DNA of 44,112 bases from a virus. Taxonomy: Duplodnaviria; Caudoviricetes. This document shows positions 7,815-16,602 of the stretch, in pieces; position 1 is the stretch's first letter, and each line of letters starts with the position of its first letter. Below the pieces are notes generated by a model. That model made no database searches and was not told the origin of the DNA. It saw only the letters and a program-made list of their open reading frames with translations. Where the stretch lies: positions 1 to 44,112 of the IMG/VR virus record IMGVR_UViG_3300041097_000002. One strand, written 5' to 3'. The position numbers and the translations under genes are program-made.

Positions 7815-8926
7815 CCGGCCTCCACGAGTTCGATCGAGAATTGCGGGCAGTAGCCCGGCAGGTACGGGAACGGGCCTGCGGTGGACGAGCGCGGAATCCA
7901 CAGTATCGTCGGGTGGTCCCACACGACAGCGGTTCCGGCGCTGTAGACCGCACGCACGGCCGGCGAAACCTTCACGGTCATTTCGCCTGCCGCATCTGCT
8001 GTCGCGGTTTCTTCGGCCATCAGCAGTTGCGTGCCGAGACCGATCAGGTCGCCAGCCTTCAGCGTGGCGTATGGGTCGTAATCGGTGAGCGTGCCGGCTT
8101 CGAGTTGCGCGCCCCAGAGGTACAGGCCGGAGGTGCCGTCGCCGGTGTATTCACCATTGCCCGCAGCGGACGAACGAAGATTGATCAGTGGTGCCGCAGT
8201 AGCAGCCTCCCAAGTGCCTGTCAGGCTACAGCGATACCAGCCGTCGCCAACACTCTCAATATTTGCCGAGATTCCGGTGGTAGTGCTACCAGTGCCAGTC
8301 GACAAATTGAATATCGCCGTGTCCTGCGGCGATTGGCCAGCCCCACCGAAGCGCAGATCTAAGAGATACCGTTCCGCAGCCTTTGCGTAGACAGAGAAAG
8401 TTGCTACTGATCCCGCCACCACCGTCAGATTTCGACCGATGTAATGCAGCGCGTTAGTCGCCGTCTCGATCAGCTTGTCCGCTGTCAGCGTCCCATCAGG
8501 GGCTGTCGCGGAATCCGCGATGACAGTGACGCGGGTATCCTTGCTCCACGTTGCGTTATCGAACTCCTGCGGATACGTCAGCAGGTTCGCCCCCATCGCA
8601 TTCGCGAGGACGATCGTGTTGGCGCCAACCGTTGTCGGAGACGCGAGAACAGGCGAGCCGCGCAGCGTCCCATGTGGGACCGGGCGGCCGAAGTGGCCCA
8701 TTTGCAGGCGACGAGCGCCGCCGCGAAGAGAAACGATGATGGCTTCGACCGCAGCCCTGCCAGCATCGTTGTCGTTCTTCGGCGTGATGGTTGCGACCCA
8801 CCGGGCACCGGGCAAACCGTAGGTGTCGACGCGGCCCGAGCGCATGACGTTCAACTGAACGTCAAACTCGATCCCAAAGTCCGCAGCGGCAGGGACGACG
8901 GACGACGGCCAAACGATCGTGCTCAT
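7811..8926 (-). CDS. Distal tail protein with inserted carbohydrate-binding-like domain
   Basis: Follows the tape measure. Insert NLLTYPQEFDNATW...FSVYAKA...GWYRC...WGAQLEAG spans about 8073-8590. Confidence 0.8.
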   Translation of the reverse strand: MSTIVWPSSVVPAAADFGIEFDVQLNVMRSGRVDTYGLPGARWVATITPKNDNDAGRAAVEAIIVSLRGGARRLQMGHFGRPVPHGTLRGSPVLASPTTVGANTIVLANAMGANLLTYPQEFDNATWSKDTRVTVIADSATAPDGTLTADKLIETATNALHYIGRNLTVVAGSVATFSVYAKAAERYLLDLRFGGAGQSPQDTAIFNLSTGTGSTTTGISANIESVGDGWYRCSLTGTWEAATAAPLINLRSSAAGNGEYTGDGTSGLYLWGAQLEAGTLTDYDPYATLKAGDLIGLGTQLLMAEETATADAAGEMTVKVSPAVRAVYSAGTAVVWDHPTILWIPRSSTAGPFPYLPGYCPQFSIELVEAG

Positions 8927-10932
8927 GCCGGCACCGCGTAGCGACCGCGCCTCATGCCGTCGAGAAGATCGGCCTTCAACTGCGCGTCACGTTGGTCGAG
9001 ATACGCCTTCAACTGCGCCGGGTTCGTGCCGGGAGCCGCGTTCACGGTGGAATTAATCGTGACCCCGCCCATCGCATGATTCGGCACAATCGCCCCGCTC
9101 GTCTGCGGTGTGAACAGTTCCGGGCCGCGCTCGCCGACGAGATAGGTCGTTCCCGCGGATACCGGGCCGCCCGAGGCTTTGCCGCCGCCGAACATCGATC
9201 CGACCGCAGAAAGCGCCGTGCCGAGCCACCCGCCGACCTTCCCGCTCTTGGCGAAGTCGCCGAACATCTGCTGCGCGAGCTGCGCCGCGAGTGCTTCGGC
9301 GGCCATGCGCTTCATCAGGTTTCCGAAGGACCGGCCGATGTTGTCGAACTTGCCGTCGAGGATGTCGAAGAGGTTGTCGCCGAGGGCGTCCTGGATGTTG
9401 CGAGCGGCTTGCAGGGCGAACTCGTCGATCTCGCTCTTCGGGCCGAACGTCTCGGCGATGCGCTTCTTGATTTCCTCGGCGGTTTCTTTGCTCAGGAACC
9501 CTTGCTTGACTGCCTGATCGACCTTCTCGACTTCGCGGATGAACGCGCGCATCGGGTCGATCTGATCGAGCCACCCTTCGGAGAACTGCCGCAGGGACGC
9601 GAGCCCGTCTTCACCGACCTTCGTCGTCGTGCGCCCGAGTTGCTTCGTCGCTGCGTCGTATTGCTGCGTGCTGATCGCGCCGTCGAAGTAGAGTTTGTCG
9701 AGCCATTCGAGGGTCAGGCCGTAGTCCTTCGCCCTCTTCTCGATGTCCTCGTACAGACCGATCGCCGCAAGCAACGTGCGTTGCTCGTCGGTCATGTCGA
9801 TGGGAGTCATGTCGGGCGCTTTGGCCTTGCCGCTTCTGCCCGTTGTAGTGATCTTCGGCGGGCGAATGACGGGCGGCGGCGTCGAGCCACCGATCGCCGC
9901 CATGTCGGCGTTCACTTCCTTGTCGTACAGAAGGCGCAGGTACTGCAACCGCGCCTCTTGCGCCGCGATCTGCTTGTCGAGATCGCCCACGTCGCCGAAC
10001 ACCCAATCGTTGAGCTTGTTGGCGAGGCCCTTGCTCGGGTCCAGTTCATCGCGCAGCTTTCGCAAGCCCGCCAGGTCGTTCTCGATCCGCTTGATCGCTT
10101 CGCCCGGCTTGCGCTCGTCTTCACCGGAAACGCTCGCCCACACAGCGAACGACTTCCAGAACCCATCAGCGGCACGGCCCGCAGCGAGCAGGCGCGTGAC
10201 GAGGTTGTCCAGTTGCGGGATCAACCCGGAGAACAGTTCGATCTTGAAGCCTTCAACGGTCTTCGTGAGCCGCGTCAGGTTGTCGTTGAACGCCTCGGCC
10301 TGTTGCCCCGCCTGCGTCGACACCGTGACACCGAAAGCGTCCGCCTCTGCGCCGGCCTCTTTCAGTCCGCGCGAGCCGTCTTTGAGCAGCGGGATCAGGT
10401 TCTGGAACGATCGTCCGAAGACCTGCATGCCGAGCGCGACGATTTCCGGCGTGCCCTGGAAATCCTCGAACTTGTCGGCGAAGTCGAAGAACACGTCCTG
10501 CGTGTTGCGCAGCGAACCATCCGCATTCTTGTAGGCAATTCCGAGTGCGTCGAACGCCCGCACCTGTTCGGTCACACCGCGCGACGCATCGCCCTGCGCT
10601 TTGGCGAGCTTGCCCATCGCGCCCTGCAAGTCCTGCATGGACACGTCGGCAAGGTCGGCCGCGTAGGCAAGGCGCGAGAAGTCCTCGGTCGGCATGGACG
10701 CGCGAGCCGCCGCCTTCGACAGTTCGTCCATGCGGTCGACGGTCTGCTTGAACGCATACCCGGCAGCCGTCACGCCAGCGGCCAGCGCCACGCCGATCGC
10801 CTTGCCCGCTTTGGCGAACGCCTCGTCGATCTCTTTGGCGCGTTGCTGTGCGATCTTGGCCGCGCGCTTCGTGTCCGTCTCGAAGGAGCCGGTACGGGCG
10901 AGCAGATCGACAACGATCGTTCCGAGACTCAC
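8923..10932 (-). CDS. Tail tape measure protein (669 aa)
   Basis: SLGTIVVDLLARTGSF N-terminus, Ala-rich helical body, ASGGPV...YLVGERGPELF C-terminal motif. Confidence 0.95.
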   Translation of the reverse strand: MSLGTIVVDLLARTGSFETDTKRAAKIAQQRAKEIDEAFAKAGKAIGVALAAGVTAAGYAFKQTVDRMDELSKAAARASMPTEDFSRLAYAADLADVSMQDLQGAMGKLAKAQGDASRGVTEQVRAFDALGIAYKNADGSLRNTQDVFFDFADKFEDFQGTPEIVALGMQVFGRSFQNLIPLLKDGSRGLKEAGAEADAFGVTVSTQAGQQAEAFNDNLTRLTKTVEGFKIELFSGLIPQLDNLVTRLLAAGRAADGFWKSFAVWASVSGEDERKPGEAIKRIENDLAGLRKLRDELDPSKGLANKLNDWVFGDVGDLDKQIAAQEARLQYLRLLYDKEVNADMAAIGGSTPPPVIRPPKITTTGRSGKAKAPDMTPIDMTDEQRTLLAAIGLYEDIEKRAKDYGLTLEWLDKLYFDGAISTQQYDAATKQLGRTTTKVGEDGLASLRQFSEGWLDQIDPMRAFIREVEKVDQAVKQGFLSKETAEEIKKRIAETFGPKSEIDEFALQAARNIQDALGDNLFDILDGKFDNIGRSFGNLMKRMAAEALAAQLAQQMFGDFAKSGKVGGWLGTALSAVGSMFGGGKASGGPVSAGTTYLVGERGPELFTPQTSGAIVPNHAMGGVTINSTVNAAPGTNPAQLKAYLDQRDAQLKADLLDGMRRGRYAVPA

Positions 10933-10936
10933 TCGA

Positions 10937-11149
10937 TCACCTCACCGGAATACCGAACGCACGGGACAAGGCATCGCCTTGCGCGTCCTGTGGCATCTCG
11001 TGAAACGGCCAGCGGCGATAGAACTCGATCCACGCCTCGAACTCCGGTTGCGTCATCGCCGCTTGCCACTCGGCGATCGTTCGACCGCCAAGCGAGAGCG
11101 CGAGCACATGCCAGAACCACTGTTCGCCACCGGCCGTTATGCGTTTCCC
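10937..11149 (-). CDS. Tail assembly chaperone T part (-1 frame extension of G)
   Basis: The -1 frame after G GGA AAC is open for 70 codons: KRITAGGEQWFWHVLALSLGGRTIAEWQAAMTQPEFEAWIEFYRRWPF..., a typical gpT sequence with no own start. Confidence 0.85.
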   Translation of the reverse strand, partial: GKRITAGGEQWFWHVLALSLGGRTIAEWQAAMTQPEFEAWIEFYRRWPFHEMPQDAQGDALSRAFGIPVR

Positions 11150-11466
11150 GCGTCTTCTGCGGGAATGACTCGATTCACGTCCAGCACCGCCTCGAAGAGC
11201 GCAGCCGAGACGTGCGGCTTCAACCGACGGGCTTCCTCGAGCGACATGGCGGGCGAGCCGTCGACCTCACACAAGCAGGCGGCGACGAGTCGATCCATTG
11301 CGTCGACCCGTGCCGCCTCGTCGTCCGAACGCTGCGCAATCGCATAGCGCCGGAAGTCGGCTGCCGGCAGTTCCCGGAAGTGCAGGACGTGCTCGGAGCC
11401 ATCGCCGAGCGTGATCTTGCGTTCGTGAACTTCCGACGAGACGAAGAACGATTCGTACTTGCTCAC
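11137..11466 (-). CDS. Tail assembly chaperone G
   Basis: GTG start overlaps the tail tube stop. Ends in slippery GGGAAAC just before TAA. Confidence 0.85.
   Translation of the reverse strand: MSKYESFFVSSEVHERKITLGDGSEHVLHFRELPAADFRRYAIAQRSDDEAARVDAMDRLVAACLCEVDGSPAMSLEEARRLKPHVSAALFEAVLDVNRVIPAEDAGNA
11143..11149 (-). other. Programmed -1 frameshift site G GGA AAC
   Basis: X XXY YYZ heptamer in the correct phase at the end of G. Confidence 0.85.
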
Positions 11467-11930
11467 GGCGTCAGCAGGTCGAATGCAACGGCGCCGGAAC
11501 GCTGGATCGTGATCGATCCCTTCCACACGTCGTTCGACCCGATGTCGACGTTGATGTCGGCGACGTAGCCGTCGAAGATCGCCGAGGCGCGCGTGGCTAC
11601 GACCTGCATGGCAGAGCCGACAGCCGTTGGCGTAGTTGCGCCGGGGCTGTAGATGCCCCACGAAACGACTTCCTTGCTCGCCTTGAGAGCAAACAAGTCC
11701 TCGTGCGCGACCTCGCCCGAATGCACGTTGAACGCGACCGTCACCTGACCGGGGTTGTTCAGACCGCCCACGAACGTCTTGTCGGTGTCGTTGTCGAGCG
11801 TCGTCGTTTCGATCTGGTCGGCAGCGCCGCCCAAACCGCTGATGCTCGATGCGGCAACCACGCGGGTAGCAGTGGTCGCGGCGGATGCCCAATACAGCTC
11901 GGTCTTCTGGCTCTTGATTGCGGTGCCCAT
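11463..11930 (-). CDS. Major tail tube protein
   Basis: ADQIETTTL...FVGGLxNPG tail tube motif. Strong RBS. Confidence 0.9.
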   Translation of the reverse strand: MGTAIKSQKTELYWASAATTATRVVAASSISGLGGAADQIETTTLDNDTDKTFVGGLNNPGQVTVAFNVHSGEVAHEDLFALKASKEVVSWGIYSPGATTPTAVGSAMQVVATRASAIFDGYVADINVDIGSNDVWKGSITIQRSGAVAFDLLTP

Positions 11931-11949
11931 TTCGGCTCCTTCAGAAACG

Positions 11950-11971
11950 AAAAAACCGCCCGAAGGCGGTT
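11950..11971 (-). terminator. Intrinsic terminator
   Basis: AACCGCC-TTCG-GGCGGTT hairpin followed by a T run on the minus strand. Confidence 0.75.
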
Positions 11972-11991
11972 GGTTGCGAAGCGAATGCGGA

Positions 11992-12315
11992 TCAGCGCAA
12001 AGCGATCCAGTCGAACTGCAAGGTCATCCGAAACCGGCCCGATTCGGCCGATGTCTCGAACAGCGTCATGTGTGCGTGCGGCTCCATCGCGTCACGAACG
12101 GAAGTGCCGAGCGTTTCGACCTCGGCGTCGTCGTCCGACCAGCAGTCGACCTGCACGCGGCAGCGATCGTTGTCGGCGCCGTCGAAACCGTTCTCAGGCG
12201 AACCGAACACCGACCATGTGATGTAGGGCGCGACGACGTTCTGCGGCGCCTGCCCGTGTCGATAGACGCGACCGCCGACGAGCGACGAGAGCAGCGGGTA
12301 AACGGGCGGCAGCAT
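11992..12315 (-). CDS. Tail terminator/completion protein (DUF3168-like)
   Basis: GRVY...APxxxxxPYI...RVQVDCW motifs and position. Confidence 0.85.
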   Translation of the reverse strand: MLPPVYPLLSSLVGGRVYRHGQAPQNVVAPYITWSVFGSPENGFDGADNDRCRVQVDCWSDDDAEVETLGTSVRDAMEPHAHMTLFETSAESGRFRMTLQFDWIALR

Positions 12316-12803
12316 CAGAGCTTCTGCCGGCTCAACTTGCGCACGATCCGGTCAATGCCGGCGTTCAGTTCGCGCACGACGGTATCGAGCGCGAGTTGCC
12401 GCTTGGACAGATACGCAGGCCCCATCCACGGCTCGGCCGGTTGCTTCTCGGTGCCGAACTCGAGGAAGCGCCCCGTGGCGATCGTGCCGACATTGCGACC
12501 CGGATATTTCTTGCGCGAGAGCATCACGCGATAGCGTTCGTTCGCGCCGGACTTCTGCGGCTTCGGATCACGGCGCACGACAACCGACTTCGCCAGCAAG
12601 CCAGTTGGCACATAGCCCTGCCCTTCGTCCGGCTGCGTTACGCGCCGAATGTTCTGCACCGCTTCGTCGGCGATGACCTTCGCGCCTTTCAGAAGAGCGG
12701 ATTTCACCGGCCCGCCCGACTTGCTCACGATCTCGGGCGGCAGGGACTTGAGCTTGGCGAGCACATCATCGAGCCCGTGCAGCGTCTGCGTATCAAGCAC
12801 CAA
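12315..12803 (-). CDS. HK97 gp10-family morphogenesis protein
   Basis: GLDDV...TGLL...RFLEFGTEKQPAEPW motif. Confidence 0.9.
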   Translation of the reverse strand: MVLDTQTLHGLDDVLAKLKSLPPEIVSKSGGPVKSALLKGAKVIADEAVQNIRRVTQPDEGQGYVPTGLLAKSVVVRRDPKPQKSGANERYRVMLSRKKYPGRNVGTIATGRFLEFGTEKQPAEPWMGPAYLSKRQLALDTVVRELNAGIDRIVRKLSRQKL

Positions 12804-13122
12804 GCACCTCCGATACGGGCAGCGTCAGGTACTCGCGCCCGCTCTTCGGGTCAGCCAGTACCCCGGCAATGTCGTACACCGTGGCGCCGTGAACCGCGCG
12901 CATCTTCGGGGTGATACCGGCCCGGTAGCGGATCGTGATGCGCGCCGAGATTTGAGATTGCGTCGCCTGTGCCGCGATGAACTCGCGTGCCGACAGCGGC
13001 TCTACGGCAGCCCACACGGTCGCCACGTCGGCCCAGGTAACGGCTATTGCCCCCGTCATCGGGTCTTGCGTTTCGACGCGGTTCTGGATCGTCACGCGAT
13101 GGAGAAGGCGACCGGCTTCCAT
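12793..13122 (-). CDS. Head closure / head-tail adaptor (SPP1 gp16-like)
   Basis: AGRLxHRVTIQ...WAxVEPLSAREF...ITIRYR motif. Confidence 0.92.
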   Translation of the reverse strand: MEAGRLLHRVTIQNRVETQDPMTGAIAVTWADVATVWAAVEPLSAREFIAAQATQSQISARITIRYRAGITPKMRAVHGATVYDIAGVLADPKSGREYLTLPVSEVLGA

Positions 13123-13346
13123 CAGTCGTCCAGCGTTCCGCCCGCGTTCTCGGGCATTTCTTCGTCCACGACCGACTGCGCGAGCATGGCAATGGAGCGC
13201 GCCAGATCGCCGATAGCGACCGTCATCGCGCGTTGCGCTTCGATCAGGTCGGCAATGCGGTGCTCTAGCGCACGACCGGCAGTCGGGCTACATTCGTACT
13301 CCCGCGCCTTGACCGATACGCCCATGTACTCGTCTGCCGTCATCAT
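13122..13346 (-). CDS. Small hypothetical protein (start uncertain)
   Basis: Helical, acidic C-terminus. TGATG coupling to the head closure gene. Confidence 0.6.
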   Translation of the reverse strand: MMTADEYMGVSVKAREYECSPTAGRALEHRIADLIEAQRAMTVAIGDLARSIAMLAQSVVDEEMPENAGGTLDD

Positions 13347-13536
13347 CGTGTCCGCTACCCTGTGTGTTCTGTTCGCCGTGATCGGCCTGAGTGCCCTGCA
13401 CCGGCAGCGTCTTTCCGGTGGCACACAAGGCCGAACGCTTGCCTGGTCGATCGCCGGCCTGTCATTTCTCGGTGCCGCTGCCTTCGGATATCTGGTCTGG
13501 CTGCGCCTGTGGGTCGAGTCGATCCTGCGCGGCTAG
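13324..13536 (+). CDS. Antisense 70-aa two-TM membrane protein (moron candidate)
   Basis: MYSSAVIIVSATLCVLFAVIGLSAL...LAWSIAGLSFLGAAAFGYLVWL fills the gap in the late operon, with its stop overlapping the connector stop. Confidence 0.55.
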   Translation: MYSSAVIIVSATLCVLFAVIGLSALHRQRLSGGTQGRTLAWSIAGLSFLGAAAFGYLVWLRLWVESILRG

Positions 13537-14084
13537 TACACCCGCCACCGATCGAGCAGCCCGTCGACGAACGAACTCGCCTGCTCCGGGCGCTCGGAGT
13601 CCGCTTCGCGGTGCTGGTAGAGCGATCCGACCTTGAGCAGAATCCACGCCTTGATCTCGGCCGGGCACGCCTCGAAGCCCACCTGGTAAGTGACGCGCAC
13701 CGCGTTCGCTTCTGTCCGCGCTGACGGCCAGTCGGAGTCATACGCCGGCAGCAGCCAGTTCGGGCTCTGCGAGTCGTCGAGGTAGTAATCGCCCGGCGCC
13801 ATCGTCTGCGTAGTGCCATCGGCATCGACGTACTCGACTGAATCGATCTGCACGACCGGCGACATCGGCAGGCGAATGCCGTCTGCCGGGAACTCGTCGA
13901 CCGAGAGCGTCACGGTCTGACGTGCGACGGCACGTTCCAGCATGTGCTCGCACTGCCCACGGGCGGCCGAGATGAGCGAGGCAATGAGCGCGTCCTCGTC
14001 GTCCGTCTCGACGCGAAGGTGTAGCTTCGCCTCGGCCAGCGTCACCGGCTCGACTGCCGGGGCAGTGATGACCTTCAGGCCCAT
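13533..14084 (-). CDS. Head-tail connector protein (gp6-like)
   Basis: EPVTLAEAKLHLRV...YxHRE motif. Confidence 0.93.
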   Translation of the reverse strand: MGLKVITAPAVEPVTLAEAKLHLRVETDDEDALIASLISAARGQCEHMLERAVARQTVTLSVDEFPADGIRLPMSPVVQIDSVEYVDADGTTQTMAPGDYYLDDSQSPNWLLPAYDSDWPSARTEANAVRVTYQVGFEACPAEIKAWILLKVGSLYQHREADSERPEQASSFVDGLLDRWRVY

Positions 14085-14097
14085 TGCGCGCGCCCAT

Positions 14098-14121
14098 AAA
14101 AAAAGCCGCCCGAAGGCGGCT
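14098..14121 (-). terminator. Intrinsic terminator
   Basis: AGCCGCC-TTCG-GGCGGCT hairpin plus T run. Confidence 0.8.
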
Positions 14122-14140
14122 CGTGCCGTGTCATGTGTGC

Positions 14141-15787
14141 CTACCCGTACTGTCGTGGCCGGCGCATCGTCTGAACCTGCGGCCGACGCGTGTACACGTT
14201 GCGCTGATAGCCACGGTCATGCCGCGAGCGCGCTCCGTGCAACGCCAGTGGCGCTCCCGTGGCGGTGAGGTCAGCAGCAGCCAGCGCCCCCGCCACCGCC
14301 GCCGCCTCCATCCGAATCTGCGCCGAGAGCACGCCCGTCGCCATCGCCGCGGCGAATGCCTGCGCTTCGAACGTGATCGCCACGTCCAGCGTGCCGCTCG
14401 CCTGCACGACCGAGGCCGCTGCGCTGCGCAGCTGAATGCCCGTCGTGAGCCCGCCCTCGGCGATCGCGAGCGCGGTTGCGTCGGCGGAGAGACCTGCAGG
14501 CGTTGTTGAGAGATCGCCGCTTGCCGATGCGCCGCCGAGCACGTCCGCCGCAAGCCGGATGGCGGTCGCGAGATTGCCTGCCGCCAGCGCCTTGCCGATT
14601 GCGTCACCCACGAGGTGCGCAGCGCCGCCCGCCAGCGTGCCCTCGGCAATCGCCTTGGCGACTGCCGCTGCCTCGAAGCGGATGAACGTTGTGATGCTGC
14701 CGGCGGCAAGCGCGGCTGCAGTAGCGTCGCCGGCGAGCGCCGCCGGTGCGCCCGGCGCGGTCAGATCGCCCGTGGCCTGCGCGCCTGCTTGTGCCTGGGC
14801 CGCGAGGCGAATCGCGTTCGTGAGGCCCGCCGCTGCAACGGCCTTCGCGAGCGCGGCGCCCTGCAGGCGGATCTGCGCAGTGAGCACGCCACCCGCTTGC
14901 GTGAGCGAGGCTGCGGCGCCTGCGAGCTGCACGCCAGTCGAAAGGCTGCCGGTGCTCGTCGTTGCGACTATCGAGGCACCGGCCATGCGGATGGCAGTCG
15001 TGAGGACGCCGCTGGCCTGTGCGCCGGCCTGTGCGTCTGCGTCGAGTTCCGCGGCCGGCGCCCCCGCCCCTACGTCGAACCAGATGCGGTGCGAGGGGGC
15101 GCGGAAGAGTTGCCAGGGGTTATCGGCGAGCGCTCCCGCCGCGGCTACCCCGATGTGACGATGAAAGAACAGTGCGCCATAAGCATCGGCTTTCATCTGG
15201 CGGTTGAGGTTGCTGCGATTGTAAACAGCGAAGAACGCATCCGATGGTGGCGTCATCGCTGGCGGAGTCGAATTCAACGTCGGAACGATCTGTCTGCCAT
15301 CGACAAACGCGGTGGGCTCCCACCCAGCACTCGCCCAATCTATTGCGAGCACGAAATTGCGTTGAATTAAAGGCTCGGTTGGCGACAACTCCAGTAGACG
15401 CCAACGCACCGAGTCGCCAGTCGTATAGATGCTGATCGTTCCGCTGCCTGGAACGAGGTCCAGTGTATAGCTCGACGTATTACCGATGCCGAGAACACGG
15501 CCACCGGAGTATCCGGTCCCCATCAGAACTACGGTGAACGCACTCAACGATGGCGCTGGTGCGGTCCATTTTGCAGAACTAGCGCCTCCGCTAATCCGGT
15601 GGTAAATTCCGTGCGGGCCAACGCCAACTGGGAAGTTACTTGTTTGCGCTCCACCAGTAAGCAGCGTGTCAGCCTGTCTCGGCAAGATGACTGAGGTCAG
15701 CCCACGCGCGAGCGGATTGCCCCAATCGACCTCGACCGCCCCCTGCGGCTGATGCCGCCACCGACGCGGCAGGAAGATCGCCGACAC
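14141..15787 (-). CDS. Putative head/neck fibre: LamG/ConA-like domain, Ala/Gly ~20-aa repeats, Arg-rich tail
   Basis: QPQG...DWxNPLARGL and LADNPWQLF flank a beta-rich domain. Repeats of the type LTTAIRLAGAAxAxAxAxG. Confidence 0.7.
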   Translation of the reverse strand: MSAIFLPRRWRHQPQGAVEVDWGNPLARGLTSVILPRQADTLLTGGAQTSNFPVGVGPHGIYHRISGGASSAKWTAPAPSLSAFTVVLMGTGYSGGRVLGIGNTSSYTLDLVPGSGTISIYTTGDSVRWRLLELSPTEPLIQRNFVLAIDWASAGWEPTAFVDGRQIVPTLNSTPPAMTPPSDAFFAVYNRSNLNRQMKADAYGALFFHRHIGVAAAGALADNPWQLFRAPSHRIWFDVGAGAPAAELDADAQAGAQASGVLTTAIRMAGASIVATTSTGSLSTGVQLAGAAASLTQAGGVLTAQIRLQGAALAKAVAAAGLTNAIRLAAQAQAGAQATGDLTAPGAPAALAGDATAAALAAGSITTFIRFEAAAVAKAIAEGTLAGGAAHLVGDAIGKALAAGNLATAIRLAADVLGGASASGDLSTTPAGLSADATALAIAEGGLTTGIQLRSAAASVVQASGTLDVAITFEAQAFAAAMATGVLSAQIRMEAAAVAGALAAADLTATGAPLALHGARSRHDRGYQRNVYTRRPQVQTMRRPRQYG

Positions 15788-16189
15788 TTACGCGCTCGCG
15801 GCCGACGTGATCTCGGAGAAGAACGCCTCGACGGTGACGGCCTGCCCGGTGTTGCCCGCGAACTCAACTTGCAGGTGCATCACACCGGGTGGAACGTCCA
15901 ACGACCATTGCTGCGTGTCGCTGTTCGTCGTCGTGCCCGAGAACTGATAGAGCCTCTTCCAGTCCGCTCCCTCGGCCGCGGCGGCAGGCGTGGTCCCGTT
16001 GGCGTGGGCGATGCTCACGGTCATCAGAGAGGGCGCCGTCGGGCCGGTCGCGCCGTTGGCGATCTTGCCTGTGAGGATGCCGCCCTGCGCGGTCCGCAGA
16101 TCCAGCGTGCCGCGCGTTGTGGAGTCGGCGGCGTTGCTCGTGCTCGCAACGATCGTCCGCGCGGTCTTGTTCAGCGTGATCGTCGCCAT
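15788..16189 (-). CDS. Hypothetical virion protein (beta-rich)
   Basis: Thr/Ala-rich ORF tightly packed in the head-appendage block. Confidence 0.75.
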   Translation of the reverse strand: MATITLNKTARTIVASTSNAADSTTRGTLDLRTAQGGILTGKIANGATGPTAPSLMTVSIAHANGTTPAAAAEGADWKRLYQFSGTTTNSDTQQWSLDVPPGVMHLQVEFAGNTGQAVTVEAFFSEITSAASA

Positions 16190-16602
16190 CAGATAGCCCT
16201 CGTGCCGTCATCCAGCCAGATCGCCCGGCGCACGTCCATCTCGCTCACCGGGTCCGGCTCCTGACCGAGCGCGATCAGCGCATCGGCCTCGCCCTGCGTG
16301 ATGACCGCCGCCGAGACAAGCTGCGCGAGCGCGCCTGCAACAAGCGGCGACGAAACTTGCAAGCGGCCCTGTTCGAGCAGCGGGCGCACGTGCCGGAAGT
16401 CCGGCGCGCTGTAGAGCGCATCGAGCAGCGCATTGCCCGATGCGAGGCCGACGGTGGCGAGGATCATGCCGACGCCGATCTCGGCGTCACTCGGGCGCGT
16501 CCTGCCCACGCTCATGGCGGCGGCGATCGCCTCGCTGTCAGGCATCAGCGCCGTCAGCGTTGGCGACTCGCTGATGGCAGCCCGGATTTCGGCGTGGGTC
16601 AT
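16189..16602 (-). CDS. Hypothetical protein (helical; possible fibre chaperone)
   Basis: ATG at 16602 with TGATG coupling at both ends. Confidence 0.75.
   Translation of the reverse strand: MTHAEIRAAISESPTLTALMPDSEAIAAAMSVGRTRPSDAEIGVGMILATVGLASGNALLDALYSAPDFRHVRPLLEQGRLQVSSPLVAGALAQLVSAAVITQGEADALIALGQEPDPVSEMDVRRAIWLDDGTRAI

Noticed and set aside
10929-11120. 63-aa minus ORF before the tape measure gene
   Set aside because: Wrong frame. The -1 frameshift frame (10937-11149) gives the recognisable gpT sequence.
8992-11568. 858-aa plus-strand ORF
   Set aside because: Antisense shadow of the tape measure and chaperone genes, with no motifs or RBS.
14250-15050. Repeats as a CRISPR array or DGR template/variable repeat
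   Set aside because: They are degenerate in-frame protein repeats. No cas or reverse transcriptase gene was recognised in the window.
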